A stretch of DNA of 64,000 bases from positions 176,018,001 to 176,082,000 of the forward strand of contig JBITNC010000001.1 in NCBI GenBank assembly GCA_050084985.1, given 5' to 3'. Below, in pieces: positions 13,501 through 25,250 of this stretch (positions are counted from its first letter, which is position 1; every line of letters starts with the position of its first letter). Position numbers and translations under genes: made by a program. A model generated the notes under the pieces. It was not told the origin of the DNA. It saw only the letters and a program-made list of their open reading frames with translations, and ran no database searches. This DNA is from Nageia nagi. Taxonomy: Eukaryota > Plantae > Pinophyta.

Positions 13501-14790
13501 GCAATTTAATTCAATTTTCCCTCAATAGTCATTAGATTTTTCTATAAAAACCCATTTCATGCATATCATATAATTATTGTATACCATGAAAATATGTTTG
13601 CATCATGATTTTTGTCAAATAATTCATGAATCTTATGTATTATTCTATATTTTGCTTACATTTATATCAAGGGATTTACCAAAACTTGAATTACAAGCAC
13701 CATACAGACACATCCACATTTCCAATTGAGGTCTTATAAGTATTTTGATAGTGAAGTTCAATGGCCCCTTGATGATCTTGGGGATTTTATTTGAAAACCC
13801 ATTTTGTATATATCATACATTTATTGCATACCATGAAGCTATGTTAGCATCATGCATCTTGTCAAATTATTCTTGGGCCTTGTGTATTCTTCCACATTTT
13901 ATGTAGATGTTTATAAGGGAATTTAGACCCCAAATATTTGAATTACAAGCATCATGTAGATATATCCACACATCCAATTCAAGTTTTATGAGTATTTTAG
14001 AAATAAATTTCAATGGTTCCTTGCTAGGGATTTTCTCTGAAAACCTATTTTGTACATAGTGTGCAATCATTATAGACCATGAAACTATGTTTGCATCATG
14101 CATTTTATCAAGCAATTTTTAGGCATCATGTATTCTTCCATATTTTATGTACATGTATATTAGGGCATTCAAAACCAAAAATCTAGAATTACAAGCACCA
14201 TGTAAACACATCCACATATTCAATTTAAATTTTATGAATATTTTGGTAGTGAAGTTTAATGGTCCCTTGATGATCTTAAGGATTTTCTCTGAAAATCAAT
14301 TTTTTACATATCATGCAATTATTGCAGACCATGAAACTATGTTAGCATCATGTATCTTGTTATATAATTCTCAAGCCATGTATATTCTTTCATATTTTGT
14401 GTACATGTCTATTAAGGTATTGAAAACCCAAATATTGAAATTATAAGTACATGCATGTAGACACATCCACACATCCAATTTAGGTTTTCTGAGTATTTTG
14501 GTAATGAAGTTCAATGGTACCTCAATAGTCTTAGGGATTTTATCTAAAAACCTATTTTGTGTATATTGTGTAATCATTGCAAATTATGAAACTATGTTTA
14601 TATCATATAGCTTCAAAAATTTATCGAGCCTTGTATATTCTTCCATGTTTTATGTACATACCTATTAGGGAATTCAAAATACAAATGTTCAAATTACAAG
14701 CACCATGTAGACACATCCACACATCCAATTCAGGTTTTATGAGTATTTTGGAAGTGAATACTAATGGTCCCTCAATGGTCTTAAGGGATA
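10570..14790 (-). repeat. Tandem array (~9 units, ~252 bp) derived from a PLS-class PPR gene fragment; interrupted by the insertion at 11238-13070
   Basis: Anchor ACCATGAA recurs at 10734, 10984, (11236/13082), 13331, 13583, 13830, 14076, 14328 and 14583. Approximate minus-strand consensus is [84 protein letters not shown] (84 aa), with stops and frameshifts in individual units. Confidence 0.92.
11238..13070 (+). mobile_element. ORF1-only L1-type retroposon (half-L1-like), degenerate DUF4283 plus zinc-knuckle ORF1
   Basis: ORF1 motifs GPWFLGKKGLVINQW, YENLLV-CEICKSYKH and GRPS. 3' end TAATATAATTTACCCTTATTATCAAAAA. TSD AATCATTGCAAAC (11225-11237) / AATCATTTTAAAC (13071-13083). Empty site in the paralog at ~48912-48924. 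Confidence 0.88.
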
Positions 14791-14799
14791 TTATGTATA

Positions 14800-15300
14800 G
14801 CGATTGACCTATTTTTAAGGAATATTATGTATATCATCAAGAGGTATATGCTCTTTAGAATGCCATAATATTCATTATTTTGCTACTTCTTCATCTTCAA
14901 GTGAATCAACTGAGTAGGATTTTTCATTCCCACTAAGAATTTTGATGAATATGTATTTATTTTATTTGAAACTCATGACTTTTTTGAAAATATCATCAAC
15001 ATTCAAACATGTAATAATCTCTTCTTTAGTCAAAATAGGAGGCATGTACTAATTTGGTGGGGTTTAAAATCCATCATTGTTAGAATGAATCCTTTGATTA
15101 ATTTTCTTTACTAAACTATTAAATATTTCTATTAAACTCTCTTTATCTGAAGGACTTTCACTAGCATCTTTAGTTATCTATATGTGTTTATTTATAAATG
15201 GTTATTTTTAATAGATTCTTTCACTCCATCATTGGATAACCTTTAGTTTGCTAATCTTTCTTCATATAGAGGCTTTTTAGCTATAGAATTAGTAGGTGCA
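14800..15300 (-). pseudogene. Degenerate ORF downstream of the PBS of element Z (family not recognised)
   Basis: Paralog 50620-50960 reads IHSKNDGF[Q]IPPNQYMPPISTKVNIIIHLSDDEIFRKVMSSKENKYRFIKLLSGIPVKEKSYVVDTLEDEK..., running up to the first PPR-derived unit. Confidence 0.45.
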
Positions 15301-17099
15301 TAAGAAATATATGCATTTTCATTTTTAATAACACAAAATACCTTTGGAATATAATGTGTGAACAAAAACCTTAATAGGTTTGATGTTTTAACATAGGTAT
15401 AAAATAACTTTTATTCTAACCCTAATTAAGAGAAAGAAATGCTATAAATAGGTGGGCACCAAAATGTTGATATGTATTTTGGTACACCTAAGGTTTGGGC
15501 CTAAATGAACTAAATACACATAAACATTTAAATATGTAATATCTAAGCTATTTAACTCAAATAAACATACATTATAATAGGAAGTAAATGAAATATAGTA
15601 TGTGCAATAACAAAACTAGAGTTCTATTGATATCAAGATATAAAATCGAAGCAATAAAGAGATGGAATCAAGTGTAAAATGTGATGATTCCAAATTGATG
15701 AATCATACTCAAATTTTTTGTAAGAGAGGGATATTTGCCTTCTTGCTTTGAAATTGACCAAACAAGCTCAAAATACACTCAATATTTGAACATTTAGCTA
15801 TTTATGATATATTTAGCAATAATGAACCAAAATGCTCGTACAAACCTAATGTCTAGCTACTTATAGCAAAATACAAATATGAGCATGCAAAAATATCTCC
15901 AAAAATCCAACACATAAATAAAGAAAATAAAATAGATACTTAACTATGAAATGACTCTCCAAATCCAACATCCAGGCAATATATTGATAGAAAAATTTAA
16001 TTGTAATAATGAACAACATATAGTGTAATTATAATAATATATTTTTCTCTACCTAAGGAGCTTGTATGAAGACTTCCTTTAATAGGTTTATTTTGGATGG
16101 CTCTAGGGACTCACCAATTGTAGCATTGAGAAGGTGCAATCCGAGACTTTCTTTATAGCTTCTATGATGGAACCAACAATGTTCCTCTCAAGATGGCTAG
16201 AGTATTATTGAGGCTAACCTACTATGATATCAAGACCTCAAATGTAGGTTTCCCTACAAGTGGAAAAGATAGATTTCTCACACTAAATATAATAAAAAGG
16301 GTTTATAATCATCAACTCAAAATATTTTTTAATATCTAGGAATCCTCATTTTATCAGTAATGTAGTCTCTCTTCTAGTATTGCATTGATATGATCCAATG
16401 GTGGAGAGATGTGATCTATGTGATCATGTTTACATCATATAATATGGGGAGCCTTAGGATAGGTGAGATTACATCCAAGGGCTAGGAATGCCAATATCCA
16501 AGAAGGGGTGATGTTGGTACACCTCAGGATTAGTGTCATGGGACCAAATACCCAATAGGAATAATGTGGGACCTTGGGATGGCCAATCCTTCAACATACA
16601 ATGAAATGAGTTATAAAGGGCCAAGGTTTATGCATAGGAATCATCCAATATCTTGGGATGTTAAAATCCTTATTTGTAATGCCACATCTAAGCTTGAAAC
16701 CCTCCTAGATGCCTTGAAGTTTATGTTATTATATTGGGGGATATCTACCTTGAATAGGGGAGCACTAATGATAAGATTACCATCTAAATACCAATATTAC
16801 ATTTATCAAGGCTAAAATATTCAATGACTCATTTAGGGAGACTAATATTGTATTTGCAAATATAATTACCTTATTTAATATTAATACATCATTATTGGTT
16901 ATTTAGGAACTAAATTATGTATAATGATTGAATAAAAAGGACCATTATTCTATAATTATATAATTTAACTAATTCTTTAAGTGGAACTTATAATATTGGC
17001 CAAAAATTACAAAAATAAAAAAAAATCACACCTAAGCTAATGTTTCCATTTATTAGAGGAGAAATGGGGAAAATGCCACAAAAATGGGAACATTACAAG

Positions 17100-18550
17100 T
17101 CCTCCCCTCCCAAATTTCTTATCTAAAAGTAATTTAAAATATTCATAGTTGTAGTAGAGCCTTGTTGATCCTTCTCTTCTTCTTTAAAGCCTCTTTGAGA
17201 ATCCTCAAACTTTATCTTTTTCTTTTAGGTGGCTTCCATCCTTTGTTTCATGAGGCCATTTAACATGCTACTTAATATTGCTTCCTTCCATTTATAGGGA
17301 TCAATTGATCCTTATTTTTGGGTATTATGTTACCCTTAATTTACCCAACTTTAGTCCCTAAGTGGTTTATTTTTCACCTTATTGACTAATTTTTTCATTG
17401 AATCCTTTGCCATATATTTTATTATAGATGAATTTGGAGTTTTTCCACAGTATTGGGGTTTTTCTACCATGGAGTGTTGATGATCATTTCTTGGGGGTTT
17501 TTTACCTTCTTCATTTTCTAAAAATAGTTGATAGCTAATGGTTTTCCAATCATAAGTGGATGGAATTATGTTATTATAGTATATTAGGCTAGGTCCTTTA
17601 TATGTTGATATGATATCTTTTAGTTTGGTTTTGACTTTTGATTATTTCTTCACATCCTTATACTACCTACACTTAACCTCATCTATGTTTGAAAGTATCA
17701 AAATCAATTTCCTCCCTTGAATCCATCTTTTCTTTTGATGCCTCACTAAGGGTATGATAATTGTGGATCCCATTATTTATATGTGCCTTATGATGGTCAT
17801 ATGTTGGTTACCATGCATCCTAATATATAAGAAAGGCACCATATTCTAAAATATTTTTAAATGTTTCATAATAACTCTGTAGAATTTCTTCAAGAGTAGC
17901 TGATTTGTTTAGAGGTACTCTTCCTATTACTTTCTATGTTTTACAAATATTTGAGTTTATCCATTATTTTCTATGTTAGTTCTATCAAAATGTCTAGTTT
18001 TTAGTCAATCTTATCTTATCATTCTAGGGTGAAGTATTTTTCTTCTTTCTGGATTAGTTGGTGATCTTTATTTGGTTTTCAACACTAATAACTCTAAGGT
18101 TCATTATAGTGAAAATATGTTTTTGATTTTCCCATTAGTTTGTTATTGTTTGAGGTCATAAATGGCTATAATGATTTCCTAATGATGTTCCTTGACTAGG
18201 TGTCTTCATATGATTCATCATCTCTATTAGAAGGGTGATTATAGTGTCTAATTTATATTCTACCATTCTTATTTCTAAGACTCAAAACACCTTATTACTC
18301 TTAGGGGATACAAAATCTGATCAAATTGAACTCAACATTTACATAAATTTGGAATGATTTACATCTACTCCAAACTTCTATAAATGAGTCAAGATATTAT
18401 ACATCTAACCTATAAAGGATGAATTTTTGTAAACTCATAGAAAATTGCACCTTCTATATGCCCAACATCTCACTTGTAACTATTAAATCATGTAAATAGT
18501 AACAAAATTATCCCAACATCTCCTCTTAAATGCCATGGTATAAATACCAT
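17100..18550 (-). pseudogene. Decayed single ORF of element A (unknown product; copies at ~52715-54275 and ~56995-58813)
   Basis: Composite of the copies gives MVFIPWRPKRRY[W]DTFTTIYRI..LELRCWMCRRLSLL..SDILGHLWKFGVGLHHTKIV..SEFVSHKSNKIF.VLETRMVGQKLDTIISLL. The 3' end reads YFELLGEKQFGRDRLIMFP across the PPT. Confidence 0.5.
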
Positions 18551-21500
18551 GGTAAAATTTACCAATATCAATAAATTGGCTCTCATTTCCTCAATTTCCT
18601 CCTTGTAGTTAGTCCTAATCTTGAATCTCTTAGTAAGTTCAAGCTAGGATGCATAATGACCTTGCAAGAGTTATCAGTTCACAATATTCATAATGAAAAT
18701 TTGATAATATTTATAATAGAATATCATTATGATGCAAACTCTTCTTAAAATTGACCTCAACAATCCAACATTTTCTTCCAGATACCTTCAAGAAATAGTA
18801 AGGTGCCTAAAAATTCTTTAAAATACCAAAACTTATCCTTAAATGATCACAAAATATTGAATGATTCTTAAAATTTATGTTAGAATGCCATGTTCACCTT
18901 ATAATGGATTCAAAATGCAATTCAAAATCTAAATGTTTCCTTAGTATACCAATGTATGGCTTAAGGTGGCCTCAATATGAAGAATGGTCCTCCAAAAATG
19001 CTTTAGTATGTCAACATCTATCTTAGAATGGTCTTGAAATACAAAATAGACTTCAAAACTACTCTCAATAAGCCAACATTTATCTTTAGGTGAACTCAAA
19101 ATGTAGTAGTAGCCTTAAACATGCCTCTATATTACCAACATCTTGCCCAAAATGGGCTCAAAATGCCAACATCTAGTTCTAGATGACCTCAAAACATAAA
19201 GTAAGTATCAAACTTGCTCTAAAATGCCTACTTTAGCCTCAAAATCCCTCCAAACTTCCTTAGATCTGAGTATTTCAACCTAAATTAACCTCCTTTTAGC
19301 TTCTTCACCATAATATTCAAGAAAGAAACTTTAAAACTTGATGAAAAAAGATTAAAATTTCAAAAATTACCTCTAATCAAATTGGACGAACCTCCTTGAA
19401 TCTTTAAATTTCAAAATTATTACCAAAAAGAGTCCAACAATCTATCAAAATATGGGATTTGGCTCTTCAAATTACCAACATCTCACTCCCATTATCTAAA
19501 TCCAACAAATTTAGCTCAAAAATTCCACTATAAGCTCAAGTTGATACCACTATAATACTAGCTTTAGATTTTGCAGTAGGATGAGAAGATCTCTTTAGCT
19601 ACTTCTACTTCTTACTCAATATAAAAGGGTAAGATCTCCTTATCAAATTACCAACTTTGATTCCAACAAAATTCCTTCATGAATTGCTATCATAATGATT
19701 CTCCATTAGCTTCTTCACCAAAAGATCTTCCACTCCTCTAGCAATATCCTTTAGCAATTATTACCTAGTAGCAAGGGAAAGATCTCAACTCTTTAGTTCA
19801 AATTAGAAACCATTCATGTCTAATATCCTTGATTCCAACATGATTGTAGAATCAAGGCTCTAATACCATTGTGATGATACCAAATTGGTGGATCATGGTC
19901 AAACATTCCCTAGGAGAGGGACATTTATCTTCTTGCTTTGAAATTGATCAAACAAGATCAAAATACACCAAGTATTCCAATGTCTAGCTATTTATGACAA
20001 ATTTAGCAATAATATATGAAAATTCTAACACAAATCCAACATCTAGCTACTTGGAGGAAAATAAAAATATGAGCATGCAACAATATCTCCAAAATCAAAC
20101 ACATGAACATGGATGATAAAATAGATATTTAACTATGAAACAACTCTCTAAATCCAATGTCCAAGCATAATGAGTCAATAGCAAGATATTGATTGTAAAA
20201 TATAATTGTATTGATGAATAGAGTATAGTGCAATTACAATAATATATTTTTATCTACCTAATTATATTGTACCAATACTTCCTCCAATAGTATTATTTTG
20301 GATAGCTCTAGGATCTCACCAATTGTAGAAATGGTAAGGCATAGTCCCTAACTTCCTCTAAAATATTTGTGATGGAACCAACAACATTCCTATCAAGATG
20401 ACTAGAGTAAGCTTGAGGATAGCCTCCTATGATATCAAAACTTTAAATACAAGTTATCCTACAAGTGGAAAAGATAGAATTCTCACACTCAATTTGATAA
20501 AAAGGGTTTATAATCATCAACTAAATATATCTATTAATTTTTAGAAATCCTCCTTTTATAAGCAATATAGTCTCTCTTATAATCTTGCATTGAGATGATC
20601 CAACAATAGAGAGATATGATTCGTGTCCTCATATTTACATCATCCAAGATGAGGAGCCTTGGGATAGGTGAGATCACATCCAAGGATCATGAATACCAAT
20701 GTCTAAGAAGGGGTGATGTCAATATGCCTTGGGATTAGTACAATGGGTTCAAATACCCAAGAGAGGTAATATGGGGCCTTGGGATACCTAATACTCTAAC
20801 ATAGGGTGAAATGAGTAATAAATGCCCAATCTTCATGTATGAGAGTTGTACAATACCTTATGATACTAAAATCCCTATTTGTAGTACCAAATATAAGCTT
20901 GGATCCCTCCTAAATACTTCAAAGTTAGTGTTATTACATTAGGGGTGCTCTATGATGAGTCATTTCTAAGGTCACTCCTCAAACATGCCCTAGGAGAGGG
21001 ATGTTTGACTTCTAGCTATCAAACTAGACAAAGTAACCTCAAAATGCATCAAATAAACTTATGACTTGCTGGAAAGGCCAAAGATAACTTCAAACTCATA
21101 AAAATTCCTCCTAATCCAACATCTAACTATGAAGAGAAAAATATAACATTCAAGCATGAAATTCCTCCAATATTCCAATGTCTCAATCCAAGAGTAAAAT
21201 AGTAACTTGATAATGAAAAATTACTCCATAAACCTTTTATTCAAATTTGAATGCAAAATATGAATTTAAACATGCAAAATATCCTTAATAATATAACATT
21301 TCAAATGGGATGCAATAACAGGAATTCAACAATGCAAAATACACTTCGAATTCAACATACAAGCATAAGGATATAGATAACAAGATTTTTATAATAAAAA
21401 GTAATTGTATTGATAAGTAAAGATAAATCATAATTAAAATATTTTTTTCCAACTAATCGAGTTTGTACCAAGACTTTCTCCTATAGGGTTATTTTGGATG

Positions 21501-22599
21501 GCTCCATGTCCTCACCAATCCCAAAGGAAGTGAGGCAAGACTAGGTCTCCTCTATAGCAATTATGATAGAACCAACAACATTCCAATCTATATGGTTAGA
21601 GTAAGTTAAAAGGTAGCCTCCTCTCCCTTCAATACTTCAAATGTAGATCACCCAAAAAGTGGCTAAGATAGAGCCTAGACTCAATTTGAAAGAAATGGTT
21701 TATAATCATATTCAACATATCTCATAATGGCTATGAGTCCTCTTTTTATAGGTGATGATGATCATCTTCTAATCTTGCATTAAAATGATCCAATAGTGGA
21801 GAGGTGTGATATGTATGCTCCATCTATCTATGTCATGGTTAGAGATCCTAGGGATAAATGAAATCTCATTTAAAGTCCTAGAAATACCATGCCCAAGAAG
21901 ATATGATATCTAGGTACCTTAGGATCATCATGGTTTCTCGAGTTAAGTGTTGTAAATCCATCCTTGCCCCACATCCAAGTGTGGGAGTCATAAACTTACC
22001 TGGGGATGCCAAATTACAATATCCAATGGTCCATCAAAGGATACTGATATTGTATTTCCAATTATCAATATACCTTGGAGCCATGTATTATAAGTGGTCA
22101 ATGAAATTACAAGTATTATTGGCACATAAATACCTATGGCCCATTAATTACATAAAAATAAAAAATAAGCACTCATAGAGTCCTATGTTCCATGTTGGAG
22201 GATATCCAAGTGAAATTACATTAAAATAAACCTAATGAAATATAAATTGCACCTATATTAATGAAATATCATTTACACATCCTTAGAGGATGGATGTCAC
22301 TCTCAAATGATAGTAAATCATAGATTCTTGTGCACTTGTTATATGAGCAAACTAGTGCATCAAGTGAACTTTAAAGTACCATATCATCCTCATTTCTTAC
22401 CAAAAGTAGGTCATATAACCTATCAAAATGATTGTCATAAAATCCTATATCCATTCCGAGTGTTGAAATATCCATGCCTAGCTTGTGGAAGATGAAATCT
22501 CTTTGAAACTAAAAATGAATGAAACCTTAAAAATTTGGGGACATTACAAGTATTCCCTTCATAAATTGCTTGTCCCAAATAAATACTAAAATATTTGTT

Positions 22600-24306
22600 A
22601 ATATAATAATATCCTAGTTTATTCTTTGAGGAAACTCTTCATGCTTCTATTGCATAACTTTGATTACTAATCCATCATGCCATGGTGGTACTTTATGTGC
22701 ACTTTCTATCCAAGTGGCTATGAAGCTAGGAGTGGGTATGGATGCTAAGAGAGTTTCCTAAACTAATATGATTACACACCTCATCATGAGATATTTATTA
22801 TTGATTTCCACACCTACCTTGGTGCCTTGAAAATGAGCACATATAAAGTCTACAATTGTATCTCTGATCTTATCATAGTGAAAAACCCATATCTTCATGT
22901 CCCTTATTCTAGCATGCTCCTATTTATGAGTAACTTCACACTCAACAAACTTAGGTAGTGTTCATGTTTCCTTTCAATCATTCTACCATGTATGTCCCCA
23001 TCCCTTTGCAATGTAATTTTCCCTATCTATATGTAGTGCAAGTTTTGTCTCAAGAAGGGAATATCTTTTTTGTCAAATATATTTCTTACTTTTCAAGCTT
23101 GCAAAGTGATGTTCTCTTGGCTTAGTTCCTTTTTGTAGTAAATATCATTCTCTAGCTTCATGCTTATGATTATTAGGTATTCCTTATCCTTTTGAGCCTT
23201 ATTTATATATTGACATAGGTGGTTGTTATCCTCTTTTAGATCCATCACTATTTTTGTCAACTGAGAATTTCTTCTAGTAACTTTATCCAATTATTGCTTG
23301 ATGTTATGGAGTAACATTTGAAACTGAAGTTCTTTTGCTACACATGATAAATTATGATCAACTTTTCCTATTCCTTGTAAAGCAAAATCCCTTTTGATTT
23401 CTTCAATCCAATAGTCTTTCACTTCTTCCTTATTCACAATTTATGAGTAGACATCGCTAATATTATAGCTAGAGTAGCCTCCATTCAATGTTATACATTG
23501 AAGGACTAAACCATTACCCAAATTGGAATACTTAATATTCCAATTTCTCTTAAATTGGATTTTCTTTAGGCATGTATACATTTTCTTATCCTTCATCACT
23601 AGTGTCCCTTTCGAAAAGATGATGTTGGGACTAGCTACTCTTCATATTGTTTGATTGTAGTAGAAACTTTATGAACCTCTTTAAATACATGAATGAATCC
23701 TTTGAATTGGTTGATCCCTTTATTCATTTCCTTATCAAAATCATGAGTAGTTCCTTTGATATTCTTATCATAAACCTCATGTATGTAGTAATCATCATCT
23801 CTTCTAATAATAAGATACTTTTCCTTCTATTTACCTTTTCCTTCTTTACTATGTGATTATACTTTATGGAAGTCTTCATACTCTGATTCTTCAATCATTT
23901 GCATGTATTTATCATGCTCATGATTAACATCTTTATTTTTTATTGGTACCTCATGGATGAAACTCTATTTACGAAAGGTATGGTCATTCCTCATTCCATT
24001 GCTTTTTAGTTCTTCCTTATCTAGTTCCCTTCTAATAGAAACCTTATGAATGAAAATACTATTGCTTCTAATGGTATTTGAATATGCATTATGGTAGGAA
24101 AACTTCTACATAATTGGGTAGTAACACTACTCCTATAATTTATTTTAAACATGTGGTTCAAGTATTTATAAAAGGAAATATATCTCTTGAATATTTTAGA
24201 TCGATTGTAGTATGCTACTATTAAATCATCCAAATCATCTACCATTTTGAAACTTCTCCTTTCTTGAAAATAGAATCTCTTCAAGTATCCATGATGAAGA
24301 TACCAT
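22600..24306 (-). pseudogene. Decayed ORF of element B, with a coiled-coil-like segment; unrelated to the ORF of A
   Basis: Same-strand fragments 24021-24284 and 23093-23290 (NSQLTKIVMDLKEDNNHLCQYINKAQKDKEYL). No gag/pol motifs recognised. Confidence 0.45.
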
Positions 24307-24519
24307 GGTGAAATTTAGCCAATATTAGCTAATTAGCTCTCCTTCTACTCAACATCCTCCTTGTAGTGACTTGTACCACCAAACTTGCCAAAACTAATAT
24401 CCAATATATTGAGAGACCCCTTAAAATTATCAATACTTATCTTCTATGATGAAAATGAGTTAATACTTACAAGTAATGACACTCATGATGTAACTGAAAT
24501 ACCTAATTGACCTTAGCAA

Positions 24520-25250
24520 TATAACATCTGACTTCATGTGTCTCTAAAATGTACCCAAGATTTTGGAAAACCCTCTATTAGCTCAATGTATGACCTCTAG
24601 TATCTTTTAAATGTAGTAATAATTCTAAAAACTCCTCCAAACCTCCAATGTTTGGCCCAAAATAGACTTAGAATGCCAAACTATGTTTAAAACAACCCTC
24701 AGTATGTCATGATTTACTTTAGTATGATATTGAAATACAAATTAATCTTTAAGAATGCCCTCAAACTACTAACATCTAGTTTAGGGGACTCTCAAAATGC
24801 AAAAAGATCCTTCAAAATAGCTTCAATATACCAACATTTGATCTCAAGTAGTCTCAAAAACCAGAATAGACCTCAAAAGTTTCCTAGGTGGCCTCAAAAT
24901 GTAGAACCAACCTTTGAAAAGTACTCACTTCCCTTAATGTCTTCCTCCCAAAGAGCTTGAAATGCAAAACTATGCTAAAAAATGCCTTTGGTAGTGCAAT
25001 GTACAATCTCTAATGACCTAGAAATGCAACATCTAACCTCAAATGGTCCAAGAATGTAGCTTTAGGCATAAAAACCCTCTTAAAATACCAACATCTAACT
25101 TCTAATGGTCCTAAAATATAGCTTTAGGCATTGAAATACCCTTAAAATACCAACATCCTCCTTAAAGGACCTTTAAAATGCTAAGTGAGCTATGGAATAT
25201 CTCCTAGAACACTAATTTCTAGCCCTATATTGGCTCAGAATCTCCAAACG
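24520..25250. repeat. Degenerate ~30/62-bp subrepeats in the 5' leader of elements A/B (also ~18760-19260, 26180-26880, 54480-54960)
   Basis: Recurrent AAAATACCAACATCTAACxTCxAATGGTCCxAxAATGTAGCTTTAGGCAT-like units, e.g. 25022, 25083, 25145. Confidence 0.7.

Noticed and set aside
10570-14790. CRISPR-like array or intact PPR gene
   Set aside because: Units are contiguous with no unique spacers, the context is eukaryotic, and the frame is broken by many stops and frameshifts.
19856-19868. tRNA gene fragments
   Set aside because: These are retroelement primer-binding sites complementary to tRNA 3' ends, not tRNA genes.
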